Source: Vicugna vicugna (lineage: Eukaryota). Taken from it: a DNA stretch of 64,000 nt. This document shows positions 1 to 12,300 of the stretch, in pieces. A program made the translations under genes and the position numbers. Below the pieces are notes generated by a model that had not been told where the DNA came from, did not search any database, and saw nothing but the letters and a program-made list of their open reading frames with translations. How positions within the stretch are numbered: the stretch's first letter is position 1; each line of letters opens with the position of its first letter. Location: positions 124,001 to 188,000 of the forward strand of contig MU058387.1 of NCBI GenBank assembly GCA_013265495.1. The letters are read 5' to 3'.

Positions 1-949
1 GTTAGTAATCTAAAAAAAGCATGCATGTAGGTGAAGGTTTATCTCAATTACCCTGATAATTTTCTTCACATCAGCATTATAATTTGGATGTGTTTTCAAA
101 AATCCAACTACCCCTTGGTTAAGAATCAAAAGACTGTTTGAAAATCTGATTGCTTAAAATTTTACTAATGATGGTGTTCAGAGTCAGGAATTTATCAAAT
201 GCCTGCATTTTCCTCATCATGTTTGGGGATATTTGGAAAACATGTCACTATCTCCACCATTCAAAAGAAAACATTGTCTTTGCCTTTAATGACCAAATCA
301 TTTACTTTTTTTGGAAACATTTTCACCCAAAGAAAAAGGTTTTCATTTAGAAATGTAAACATCTTGGCTGTTAGGCTGGTACCAAATAAAAGATTCCCTG
401 ATTGCTTTAAATGAGCCATTTAGAAACCCTTGCCAATGTAGACACAGTCCGTCACATTCTACAATGTGTCAAAGCATTCCACCTTCATTGGTGCTTTGTA
501 AATCACACCAGGGATTTGAGTAAATTAGTCGGCTTTTTCACTAAGAACCAGATGTTCCACCTCCACTGAGTTGTACTTGGGAAAACAATGCATTATTAAG
601 TGACTCTGAGCCAGGCAATCAGGAAGAAATGTTGCATCTGGCTGTCAAAATGTACGCCAAGTTCAACCTGCAGCCATAGAGAGTCTTCAAGGCAACATTC
701 AATCCCCACTAACTGGAATCTAAAATGACACGGGATGGTTATTAAATTTTCTGAATTCTAAGGATGTGTGACAGACCATAGAGTTATTAGGTCAAAAGCA
801 CCCCTAGTGGAGTTAGAAAGTAGATCAAAGTGCCTAACATAGAACGGGGGCGGGGGGGGCCAAAAAGTCCATATGGATATAGACAATTGGAGTCTGAGAG
901 CTAACAGCCTGTGCATCCAGATTCTAGAGGAAAAGTGATCAAACAATGT

Positions 950-1092
950 AGAATGAAAAAAGAAAGAGGAAGAGAGAAAAGAAGAAAGGTTAAAGAGAAG
1001 AAAGAATGAAGTGGGGGAAAAAAAGCCAAGAAGGAAGGAAGGGAGGGAGGGAAAGAAGGAAAGATGGAAGAAAGGAAAGGGGGAGGGAAGGA
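950..1092 (+). repeat. GA-rich low-complexity/(GGAA)n-like tract (second copy ~3207-3349)
   Basis: Almost pure purine tract: aaagaggaagagagaaaagaag...gaaggaaggaagggagggagg. Confidence 0.9.
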
Positions 1093-1188
1093 AACATTGA
1101 AAAGTTGGGAATACATTTACCAACTCTAACCTATGTCCAAGACCTCCCAGATTGTGGCTAAAAATAATTGTGCTTGTCTTACCCACAG

Positions 1189-1299
1189 GATTCCAAATTA
1201 CTAAGAGAACTGCCCCCTTAAGAATGCCCCAGTTTTTCTGGGTGTCCTCCAGCGAGTGTCTCATATGAGCAAACTTGTCCACTGCAGTCACCACACAGG
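1189..1299 (+). pseudogene. Duplicated copy of putative exon A of the TTF-zinc-finger gene remnant
   Basis: Acceptor cttgtcttacccacag, 111 nt, phase 0-0, DSKLLRELPP*ECPSFSGCPPASVSYEQTCPLQSPHR, weak donor gtctga, TAA at 1219-1221. Confidence 0.35.
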
Positions 1300-1701
1300 G
1301 TCTGACCGACTCCTTTTCTCTTACTTTTATGCCTACTTGTCCCCTGCTATGCCTGCGAAGCCAAATGCTGGAGACTCCCTGCCACTGCCCACTCTATGAC
1401 TTCCTTTTTTTTTTTCCTAAGGATGCTAACCCATGGTGCACAAGGCATCTTCCACGTATCTCAATGTATTCCAAGATACCTGAAAATATAAGCTATGAAC
1501 AAGAACAGGAGAATGACCTCTTCTGTAATTAAGTTTTATATCTCATGGGGCTCTGGACATAAGCACAGATGACTGTCAGTCTAGAACAGTTAAGTCAGCT
1601 TCTGGTCTTTTCTTCTCCACCATAGGAAGTCAAACCTAACCCAAGCAGCTGGCCAAAAAAACCAAACAATTTCTCACATCTTACTCAGTGTTACCCTATA
1701 G

Positions 1702-1839
1702 GTATCATCTCCCAATCCCAAGCTCTTTCCTTTTCCAAATTTTAAAAGAGAACATGTCCTGACATGTCAGTGGATGTACACAGATACAGAACAAAAGATG
1801 CTCACGTGCGAAGTTTGTGCTACTATCATCCTGGATCAG
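1702..1839 (+). pseudogene. Duplicated copy of putative exon B (N-half of TTF-type zinc finger)
   Basis: Acceptor ttaccctatag, 138 nt open phase 0-0, donor CAG/gtaaac. Confidence 0.5.
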
Positions 1840-1849
1840 GTAAACAGTT

Positions 1850-2010
1850 AAAGAGTAATGAGGGGAGGGGGAGTGGTAGGAACACGAGGTAAGAGGAGCA
1901 ATCTAGGAAAAACTGTGTACAAACTTTGAGGTCACGGTATAGGCTTTTATTCTGAATGAGATAAGGAGCCAATGGAGGGTGTTGAGCAGAGGAGAGATAC
2001 GGTTTATGTA
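1850..2010 (-). mobile_element. L2 fragment
   Basis: ggcttttattctgaatgagataaggagccaatggagggtgttgagcagaggag resembles antisense L2 3' region. Confidence 0.65.
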
Positions 2011-3445
2011 GTTCAATGACGTGAATTAATGGCCTCAGCAGAAATGAATGTCTTGAGCAACACTGGTAATTGATAAATAAGATCTGCAGCGTGAGAAAAG
2101 GAGGAAGTCAGTTTTGACTTTTTCCTTGATATTACCTTCTACCTTATTGTAGTGGATGCCTGGTAAACATGAATTAAATATGAATTACCTCAAAATACGA
2201 GTTTGCCATCTCAGAGAAACAAATAGTAAAGCACAAGTCCCTTAAATTCTGTTTTGTTAGTAACCTAAGAAAAGCATGCATGTAGGTGAAGGTTTATCTC
2301 AATTACCCTGATAATTTTCTTCACATCAGCATTATAATTTGGATGTGTTTTCAAAAATCCAACTACCCCTTGGTTAAGAATCAAAAGACTGTTTGAAAAT
2401 CTGATTGCTTAAAATTTTACTAATGATGGTGTTCAGAGTCAGGAATTTATCAAATGCCTGCATTTTCCTCATAATGTTTGGGGATATTTGGAAAACATGT
2501 CACTATCTCCACCATTCAAAAGAAAACATTGTCTTTGCCTTTAATGACCAAATCATTTACTTTTTTTGGAAACATTTTCACCCAAAGAAAAAGGTTTTCA
2601 TTTAGAAATGTAAACATCTTGGCTGTTAGGCTGGTACCAAATAAAAGATTCCCTGATTGCTTTAAATGAGCCATTTAGAAACCCTTGCCAATGTAGACAC
2701 AGTCCGTCACATTCTACAATGTGTCAAAGCATTCCACCTTCATTGGTGCTTTGTAAATCACACCAGGGATTTGAGTAAATTAGTCGGCTTTTTCACTAAG
2801 AACCAGATGTTCCACCTCCACTGAGTTGTACTTGGGAAAACAATGCATTATTAAGTGACTCTGAGCCAGGCAATCAGGAAGAAATGTTGCATCTGGCTGT
2901 CAAAATGTACGCCAAGTTCAACCTGCAGCCATAGAGAGTCTTCAAGGCAACATTCAATCCCCACTAACTGGAATCTAAAATGACACGGGATGATTATTAA
3001 ATTTTCTAAATTCTAAGGATGTGTGACAGACCATAGAGTTATTAGGTCAAAAGCACCCCTAGTGGAGTTAGAAAGTAGATCAAAGTGCCTAACATAGAAC
3101 GGGGGCGGGGGGGGGGCCAAAAAGTCCATATGGATATAGACAATTGGAGTCTGAGAGCTAACAGCCTGTGCATCCAGATTCTAGAGGAAAAGTGATCAAA
3201 CAATGTAGAATGAAAAAAGAAAGAGGAAGAGAGAAAAGAAGAAAGGTTAAAGAGAAGAAAGAATGAAGTGGGGGAAAAAAAGCCAAGAAGGAAGGAAGGG
3301 AGGGAGGGAAAGAAGGAAAGATGGAAGAAAGGAAAGGGGGAGGGAAGGAAACATTGAAAAGTTGGGAATACATTTACCAACTCTAACCTATGTCCAAGAC
3401 CTCCCAGATTGTGGCTAAAAATAATTGTGCTTGTCTTACCCACAG

Positions 3446-3556
3446 GATTCCAAATTACTAAGAGAACTGCCCCCTTAAGAATGCCCCAGTTTTTCTGGGT
3501 GTCCTCCAGCGAGTGTCTCATATGAGCAAACTTGTCCACTGCAGTCACCACACAGG
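3446..3556 (+). pseudogene. Putative exon A of decayed spliced gene (Pro/Ser-rich linker, in-frame TAA)
   Basis: Polypyrimidine-CAG acceptor, phase 0-0, one stop (3476-3478), in phase with exon B; donor gtctga is weak. Confidence 0.4.
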
Positions 3557-3958
3557 GTCTGACCGACTCCTTTTCTCTTACTTTTATGCCTACTTGTCCC
3601 CTGCTATGCCTGCGAAGCCAAATGCTGGAGACTCCCTGCCACTGCCCACTCTATGACTTCCTTTTTTTTTTTCCTAAGGATGCTAACCCATGGTGCACAA
3701 GGCATCTTCCACGTATCTCAATGTATTCCAAGATACCTGAAAATATAAGCTATGAACAAGAACAGGAGAATGACCTCTTCTGTAATTAAGTTTTATATCT
3801 CATGGGGCTCTGGACATAAGCACAGATGACTGTCAGTCTAGAACAGTTAAGTCAGCTTCTGGTCTTTTCTTCTCCACCATAGGAAGTCAAACCTAACCCA
3901 AGCAGCTGGCCAAAAAAACCAAACAATTTCTCACATCTTACTCAGTGTTACCCTATAG

Positions 3959-4096
3959 GTATCATCTCCCAATCCCAAGCTCTTTCCTTTTCCAAATTTT
4001 AAAAGAGAACATGTCCTGACATGTCAGTGGATGTACACAGATACAGAACAAAAGATGCTCACGTGCGAAGTTTGTGCTACTATCATCCTGGATCAG
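3959..4096 (+). pseudogene. Putative exon B: N-half of TTF-type zinc finger
   Basis: tag/...CAG/gtaact; 46 open codons VSSPNPKLFPFPNFKREHVLTCQWMYTDTEQKMLTCEVCATIILDQ, giving an F-x9-W-x11-CxxC pattern. Confidence 0.55.
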
Positions 4097-4377
4097 GTAA
4101 CTCCTTACATGCACACTTATATCTGATTATATATGTATTTATATGATGTGCAAGCAATTCTCATTCTTTATAATTTCAGTTATATATGAAACCTTTTTCC
4201 AAAATGTCTGTATCATAAAATATATATTTTCCCTAAAATAGCCTTACTACGTTTTATGGAAGGAAGAAAAAGACATTTCAAACTACCCATTTTTAAGAGA
4301 GGAAAGATACTGACAATCAACATTTGAGAACTATTTTTATTTGATAGCTTTATTGAGTTCACTGATTGCTTTGGTGG

Positions 4378-4900
4378 ATATACTATCTATTGCTGAAAAA
4401 TAAAATTGCCCTAATACATAACAGTTTAAAACAATGAACACTTATTATTGTACAATTTGTGGGGGTCAGGAATTCAGAGGCAGCTTTACTGAGTGGTTAT
4501 GGCTTAGGTTCTTTCATGAAACTGCAGTCAGGATGTTGGTCAGGGTAGCAGTCATCCAAAGGCTTGACCGGGGCTGGGAGATATGCTTCCAAATGGTTCA
4601 TTCACCTGGCTGTTGGCAGGAAGTCTCCCTTTCCTCCCCTCAACATGTATTCTTCACAGGACTTCTCTGGCATCCTCACAATATGGCATTGGCTTCTCCA
4701 AGAGTGACTGAGCCAAGAGAGAGCAAGAAGGACGTCACAACGCCTTCATGACCTTGTCTCAGAAGTCACACACCATCACTCCTGCCACATTCTCTTTATT
4801 AGACGTTAGCCACTAAGTCCAGCTCATGTTTAACAAGAAAGGAACTAAGCTCCATCCCTTGAGAAGAGGAATATCAAGGACTCATATTTAAAAATCACAT
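4378..4900 (-). mobile_element. MaLR solo LTR (MLT1 family)
   Basis: tatctattgctg...gggtcaggaattc...gactgagccaagagagagcaag...ttgtctcagaagtcacacaccatcact is the typical antisense MLT1 layout. Confidence 0.85.
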
Positions 4901-5202
4901 AGGAGGGATACATAAAGTACTTGACAAAGTCTGAAAAAGACATGGCCAAAATTGGATGCATCCAGATTTCCATGATTGGAGATTCAGTCTATGATACTGT
5001 TGTGTGTGTTCTTTGAAAGAGGAAAATACCTCGATGTCGATCAGTATCATTTGACTAATATCTACCTTTTGGATGTTGTGCAGGTAGTAGCCTATTTTAA
5101 GGTCTTCCCATAACTGAGGTAGAGACAGACAGGCTCCGTTTGCAATCCTTAGGTCCTCTTTGTTGTTGTTTCTAGTATGTCCATGATTCCTTTTTTCAGC
5201 AG

Positions 5203-5434
5203 GTGATGAGAAACTCTCTTATTCCAATGATAGCACCTATACTGGCAAATGGCACTTTGGAGTGGCCTGGACAAACCTCTTATAGGAGGCATGAAAACAG
5301 CACACATATTTTTTTCTGATTGGAAAGCCATAATGCTACAGACTGAACCATATTGCCATGGGCATGGCAGATCAAAGTGCCCAAATGGTCTAGAGGAATG
5401 TCAGAAGACAAGTGAATGTGTCCCAGTAAAATAA
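5203..5434 (+). pseudogene. Putative terminal exon C: C-half of TTF-type zinc finger, frameshifted
   Basis: Acceptor ccttttttcagcag. Phase 0 reads VMRNSLIPMIAPILANGTLEWPGQTSYRRHENST (TGA 5317-5319); the shifted frame continues AHIFFSDWKAIMLQTEPYCHGHGRSKCPNGLEECQKTSECVPVK to TAA 5432-5434. AATAAA at 5430-5435 and ~5512. Confidence 0.55.
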
Positions 5435-6339
5435 ATTATATTATGATAAAAAAAAATCTGCCTCAGCATTACATCTTAAGGATCCTTCAATGGAACAGCA
5501 ACCACAACAAAAATAAACTAGCTCATTTTTTTTCTTCCCTGAGATTCGCAGTTTAATGTGTCAGTGGCAGGATGGATAACAGACATGTGGTTTAGCAGAA
5601 GTAAGCATCAACAGTGGCAGCATGGGCAGCAAATTTTTATAATATTAGCAATTCAAATTCAAGTATCAGATTAGTGTGGTATTGGAATCACTCACTGGAA
5701 TATGCTTGGAGGCCAAAACTTTTCCCAGCAAAACTTTCAATGATTCTTAAGCAAAATAATACGGTGTTTGTCAGTGTGTGTATCAAAATATGCTATCAAA
5801 TGATATTCAAATGATTTGAATGATCAGCCATAACTTTAGTACAATTTACAATATCAAATTGCATTTGAGTCAGGGATCAAACAGAGCGTTCTAAAAGTGC
5901 AATCCCACGGCTGCTGTCCCAACTTTTAATATGCTCGCAGCAAATCCTGTGATGTCAGCATTTAGGAGAAACCCTGGCTGTCATCTACTCCAATTCAACC
6001 TCCAAACCATTTAAATTGTGACTTGTTTTCAATTTGTCACTCAAATATCACCTATGAGCTTCATAAAAATGATTCATTATCAAATTCAACTACATAAGAG
6101 GAACTCTCTTCTTCTGCCAAACAAGTGAGGCATCTTATTAATGGAGTTTGTAGGAACGGCCATCATAAAATAACTTGTCTGTGCTTGAGTTTAGTATTTA
6201 CACTTCAAAAGGCTACCTGAACTTAAAAGGACACAGTTAGGACAGGGTCGGTCTTTATTTTTCTCCTACAGCCTTACTATGTTAGATTTTGCCATGCAAC
6301 AAATGGCACTCAAACTTGATGAATTGAAACTACCACCAT

Positions 6340-6772
6340 GTATTTGACTCACAGTTCTTTGGGTTGGCTGGATGATTCTTCTGGACTGAGCCAGCTCAGC
6401 TGATACCTGCTGACCATGATGAGTTTGTGGTTATCTGAAAGATCAGCTGAGGGATGGATGATCTAGGATGGCGTCACACCTACGTGCCTGGCAGCTGACA
6501 GCCAGTCACTTGGGACAGCAGAGAGGACCGGGCCAGATGTTTCTCGTCATCTAGTGGAATAGCCTAATCTTTTCAACATGGTGGTCAGCATGGATAGCTC
6601 AGCTGCTGGTATCATTTTTGCCAGTGATTCATTGGGCAAAGCACGTACCATAGCTGACCCAGATGCAAGGGGCGGAGAGACAGTCTCTACTGATTGATGG
6701 GAGGATCTGCCACGTCACAATGCCAGGGCAGAAAAGAAAAGAATTCACAACCATTTTTACAGTGTACAACCA
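6340..6772 (-). mobile_element. MaLR LTR (MLT1 family)
   Basis: actcacagttct...ggatgatctaggatggc...cattgggcaaagcacgtaccatagc...gatgggaggatctgc. Confidence 0.75.
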
Positions 6773-6894
6773 TCCTCTTGTCTTAAGCTTTGTAAGAGCG
6801 TAGGGGTCCAGTAGAGTTCATAGCATGGGCACAAGCAGTGCATAACAGTGAAATCACCATGGGCTTTGGAGTCAGAATAATGATGTGACCTTTC

Positions 6895-7470
6895 ACTCAT
6901 TCACTGATTGTTAATCAATGTTAATTCACTGATTCATCCCTTCAAAGAGTATACATTTATTGAACATGTAGATTATTCTAGACAATAATGATTGATTCAT
7001 CAAATGTTTATTGAGTGTCTCTTATGTTCCAGGTGCCATTCTGGGCACTAGAGAGTTGACAGAGGAGAAGACAGCAATAAAGAAGACAAAGTTCTGCTCT
7101 CGTGGAATCTGTATTCCTTGCAGACCAACACATGCAAACACACACACAAAGTAGAACATTCTGAAAAATAAGAAGACAAAAATGAAAGAGTTGCTTTGAC
7201 AGAGATGGTCAGGAAAAGCCTCTTTGAGATGACACTTCATCTGCCACCTGACCACAGGAAGGAATCCATCCCTCAGAATAGACATCCTAGCATAAGAGGC
7301 AGAGGCAAGATCCTGGGGCAAGGATGAGCTTGATGTGTTCAAAGAATAAAAGTGCCTTGTCAGAGCTGGATGAGCAAGGTAGAGGGTACCAGGAAAGGAG
7401 GCAGAGGCTGGGTCATGGCCAGACCCTGAATCCTTCATATTAGAGTTTATGTTCATTTTCAGTTGCTTGA
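6895..7470 (-). mobile_element. L2 3' region
   Basis: ttcatcaaatgtttattgagtgtctcttatgttccaggtgccattctggg...gtcaggaaaagcctctttgag. Confidence 0.85.
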
Positions 7471-8989
7471 GGCATAGTCTATAAATGAGGGGCTATGACA
7501 TGGCCCCAGGTAGGTACGTCCCTCTGGCCAAATGGGCTTTTGGTCCACAGAAAAGGGCAGAGCTGGGGCAGGACCAGAGGGGGGCCCTCTACAGCACACA
7601 GTCCAACCAAGGGGTCCCTATTACTCAGCCTGAGGGTAGAGTCCCTACCTACCAAGGATTTCATGTTGCGGCTGAGGGAGCAGTATTTTAAATACAGGGT
7701 GGAAAATGCTTGTTGAGGAATATACATGCATTGTTTGATGCCTCCCTCCCCCCCAAAAAAAATAAAAGTCCATGGGCATAAAAAGATTATAACAGCATCT
7801 ACTTCACAGGTTTAAGGGAGTCTTTACCCACGGTAACACCCAATGTATGTTAGATCCTTCCCTTTAAAAATAATCAACAAAAACACATGGGTAGTATTTT
7901 TATTATCAAGCCCAAGAGGAATCACAAAAGAAGGCTTCACAAAATGCAGTCATTGACTCCCCTCCCCACTCCCCACTCCCCTCCCTCTTTAACACCGGGT
8001 CCATCATCCCCCAGCTCTCTGTGTCTCTGGAATCCACACCTCACTATCAGAAACACAGATGTCAGCTTAATCTCTTTATGTTACACATGTGTCCAATATT
8101 TCAGATCACACTCGCCGACACTAGTGTGAAGTATCTCTTTATGATTACATTTCTAAGATAGGGATTCAAGTCCCCTTTGATAATCTATTACAGCAGCCAT
8201 GTGATTGAAAAACTACATGCCAGGAAAAATGATCTAATTTACGGCACATGTTCAAAGGGTAAAGGAACATTCTTTATTATTCCACAAGGAAGATGAACAC
8301 ACTTCTACAACACAATAAAGGTCAACATTTGAATTTATCTCGGGTAATCATTTTCTTTGTATTAAAAAAAGAAAAACAAGCATATTAGTCATTTTAATTT
8401 GGTTTTGCTTGTTTTAAAAAACAGCACTTAGAGTTTGTATTCATATCCCTGTTAATTTAAGATGAATAAATTTCAATGAAATAAAGATCAATAAATTTTT
8501 GAGCCTTGAATCTTATTTTATACTTCTTGGTAGACATCAAATGCTCTCTGAACCAAAATTATTAGTGGAAAAAAATGTTAAGAACACTTTTATCTTCTTT
8601 TCTCAATCTCTTTCCATTTCTCTCTATTGTCATTCTTCTACTGTTGTTTCTCAGTCTCTTCCCCACCAAACCCCACAAACACACGTGATACAGAAACTAT
8701 TTATAAATACACAAACAAATCACTTCCCTTTACTGTTCTGCAGACTAAAATAATAACTCATCAAGAACAGCTTAGACAAGCAGTTATTTGCAGGGCTCAA
8801 AGCCTCATGTCTACTAAATGATGATGATTTCATTACATCATGTAGAAATTCATTTTCAGTTTTGCAGTGTTGGTATATTAATTAATAGGTACTCAGTTTT
8901 AGAAAAAATAGGGGGAGCAACAATCAAATAAATGTGTCTGGCAATATTAATGATACCTGGATATAATATATATTTCCGTGACTATTGGC

Positions 8990-9550
8990 ATTTATTCATT
9001 CAACAAATATATTAGTACTTATCTCTTACTATGGTCCAGGCACTGTACTGGAAGCTTGGGATAAAAGAGCATATAAGATACAATGGGAGAGAGAGCCTTA
9101 TAAAGGATCAGGAAGCCGGAAAGATAAGCCAGCTAACAGCTACTAGGGGTAGGAAGTGTCACTGTAGGTCCCACCAAGGAGGTGACTGTGAGTGAATAGG
9201 GACTTTAAGGACAAACTGAAGGTTTACGGGTTTGCAAAGAGAGGAATAAACAGTAAACAAAGACAGAAGTGAGTCTAACACAGAGGTGCGAAACGCCTTC
9301 CTGCATCCTGGGTCCAGCAAGTGTTTTGGTTCTGCTGAACGTCTCAGGTCTTTGTTTAGTAATAATAGGGAACAGGGCTCAGAACACTGGCAAGGGCCAA
9401 TTGCTAAAGAATAGCTTTATGCCAGATTAAAGAGCTTAAAATTAAACTTGACCTGATGGAGAACCATTAAAGAGCTCTAAGTAGGGATGTGGTTGTGAAA
9501 AATTAATTTGGAAGCAGCATAGAAGATGGGCTGATCAACAAAGAGATGAT
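8990..9550 (-). mobile_element. L2 3' region
   Basis: ttcattcaacaaatat...ccaggcactgtactggaagcttggg...ggagaaccattaaagagctctaag. Confidence 0.8.
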
Positions 9551-11079
9551 TTAGAAAGCTCCCCTGCCTGAGCGCCAGAATAAAATTTACATCATAGGAA
9601 GACAGGATGGGCTCGACAGACACAGAATGTAGAACGAGTCATCTTCCTAAATAGGACCCCCAAAAGCTGAAAGGGAAAGAAGCCGAAGTCATAGGGTCAC
9701 CACAATGGGAGTTTTACCAGCTTTTACAATCATTGTGCCTAAGGCAATCTCTGTTCACAGTCAGAGATACACACATTTTACTTTATGGGCCACGCACAAG
9801 CCTCTCTGACTTTCTATTGCCCAAACCCTACCCTCTTCAGACACATCTATGCTTCAAACAAAAGTTTTCATAAAACTATCACCTTTAGTCCGTGAGATGC
9901 CCTGGAACACTGCCAGCTTTCCCATCTCCATTTCATTCAGGAACGACAGATAAGACCTCCTGAACTATTGCCTGACCCTCTATTACATGTAATCAGCAGT
10001 CTGAACAGCACTCACTAGTTCAGGAAAAAAGAGAGTCTGGATCACTTGAGTTCATGGTTGGCTGTGTCCAGGTCAGACCACACGTATGCCGCCTCAAAAG
10101 ACCGCTGGGAAACAGACCTGGAGCAACCAGCTCCTGCCCAGTCAGCGGCACCTGCCGCCCAAGAAGAGCCAACTGTTTCCGAATTAATACCACTCTGTCT
10201 CTAGCTACTTCATCCCTAGCTACTGAAGCATCAGGCCGTACGACAACATCTTTTCTGTTTCTAATAAATCTTCCCTGGGCCTATCAGAGCACTTCATTGT
10301 AAAATGGTTTAGCAGCAACTACAGAGCTACTAAGTATCACATGAATCGGATCAAGTTCTAACCGCCTGTAATCACACACTATTTTTTACTATTTATCACT
10401 CAAAAAATATCCCCAAATGCACAAATGCATGGTATCTATGCATATGTATATACATATCTACGTATATCTATGTATATGTATATTTTTTGAACACCAAGCA
10501 ATAAATGTAATAAATAAATCACTATTACCCCCATAAATGCAAAGACTCAGATATTTTATTTGCTTTTTTTTTTACTTTTTGAAATGCCTCAGATAGCACT
10601 TTAACACAAGCTGTTCCCTTCCTGGACCACTAGTTACGTGGGATCATCCAGAGATATTTATCCATTATTCAGTTTCTCTGTCTGCATAAGTGTACGCTTA
10701 AAAGTGAGCCTTAAAAGGCTTTTCCGACCTGCTTGTAGAGCGGAAACTTTCCACTCCCCTTCATAAAAAATAAAACATATTACCCACTTACATGGAGTAA
10801 AATACCTTAATGCATATCAACAGCCAGCCCTTCTCATTCTCACCTATCCCATCACCCACGTATTTAGTTGGTTAGTCAGATGGAGGACCTACTATGATTT
10901 AGATTATGTTTATTTCATTAACTGACTTTCTTCTTTTAATTAACGTATGATATCTCTGTATTGTAAACTAGTCATTCAGAGTATAAATTTATAATCAGGC
11001 ACCTGAAAACGTTATGTCCCACCTTGGCCTAATGCAGTTAAGTTAATTAATATTAAATTTTAATTTTCTAATTAATAAT

Positions 11080-11228
11080 AAGCTAAATTTCCTTTTCTGT
11101 TAAAAAAGGAGATAATGAGAGTATCACCTTATGGAATCATTATGCGAATTGAATAATACTGGGCACATAAAGCACTTGACACAGCGCCTTTCACACAGGG
11201 AGAGTTTGCTAAAGGTGAGCTCTAATTA
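11080..11228 (+). mobile_element. MIR SINE
   Basis: tttccttttctgttaaaaaaggagataatg...cataaagcacttgacacagcgcc. Confidence 0.75.
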
Positions 11229-12164
11229 TTGCTACAGAAATATGTAACCCCAGTGCCTTGACATAATAAGCATCTAAATGTGTCACCTTCCATCTCTTGA
11301 AATGGGAAAGCTTGGCTGAACTGTTGGAGTTCACATGAAGACTGAAGGCTGGGGATAGACTTTATCATTTTGTTAAACATTCAAAATAATTTTTAAGCAT
11401 ATCATTACTCGCTGTCATGATTTATCACTTACTTCACAAATGTATTACTTTCTATAGCCTTGCACACTGAAAACCATCTGGACGTATACAGCAACAGATT
11501 AGAACACAGATTAGAAAATGAAGAATAACAGTAAAAAATCCATGGTATCTGTTTAAATTCTTCAGGGTCTTTGATTCTGTTCTGTGCAACCACTCTAAGG
11601 ACGAACACGAGGTATCTGAAAAATTGCACTATCATGTCAGTTTGATGTGCAGTATTGTAAATGTCGGGAATACTTCCACTGTAATTATTATCTTATAATC
11701 CTAGAAAAATTGTTGCTGGGGCTAAAGGAATTTGTTCTTACAAATATTCTACCCCCATCACCTCGTCTCATATTCTTTTCCTTGAAGATCATATCTAGTG
11801 ATTCATTTGGTAAATCTTACCATAAACAGAACTTCAATTATAGCTTAAAAGTCTCAGTTTTCAATGTCCAAGGCTCTATAAGTTATTCTAGAAGCAGCAT
11901 TGGCACCAAGTAGAATTCCACACGAGGGACTGAGTGCCATTTTAAAGATAAAACTAGCACCAAATTGTGTTGGTGGATACTGAATAAAATTGTCCAGTCC
12001 TTTCTAAACCCATTTATACTTCCTCTTAATTTAAAAAAATACATTCTTCATCATGTGGACTAGTATTTCCTAGTATTTGTACTTAATGGTACACATTCCC
12101 ATTTCAAATGAAAGCCTCAAAATTTTCTTCAGATTTTGATTTTTTTAATTTTGTGAATTCACTG

Positions 12165-12300
12165 GACCCAGTTCAAGTGCTGACTCTTCCATGACTGTGG
12201 CCGGTGTTGCCATCTCTCGGGGCTCAGTTCCTTCTCCTATAAAGAGAAGCAACTATACTCTATCTTACAGGTTTGTGGGGAGATATAAATGAGGAAGCAC
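12165..12300 (+). mobile_element. MIR SINE
   Basis: gacccagttcaagtgctgactct...ctcagttccttctcctataaa...atcttacaggtttgtgggg. Confidence 0.7.

Larger units (their letters stand above)
1..1843 (+). repeat. Tandem duplication, copy 1 (truncated by window start)
   Basis: 1-1843 matches 2256-4100. By eye there are 5 substitutions (9, 14, 218, 738, 753) and a 2-bp G-run indel near 855. Both copies end in GGATCAGGTAA. Confidence 0.97.
1844..4100 (+). repeat. Tandem duplication, copy 2 (probable full ~2257-bp unit)
   Basis: 2256-4100 is directly seen to match 1-1843. 1844-2255 is inferred to be the unit start, whose first copy lies before the window. Confidence 0.9.

Noticed and set aside
546..737. 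Possible further upstream exon of the zinc-finger remnant (EPDVPPPLSCTWENNALLSDSEPGNQ...)
   Set aside because: It needs several frame changes, the acceptor and donor are weak, and the donor GT is lost in copy 2. Not supportable without alignments.
758..1294. 178-aa and 169-aa (3042-3551) minus-strand ORFs
   Set aside because: They run through the antisense of a GA-rich tract (Phe/Ser/Leu), differ in frame between the two copies, and show no domain.
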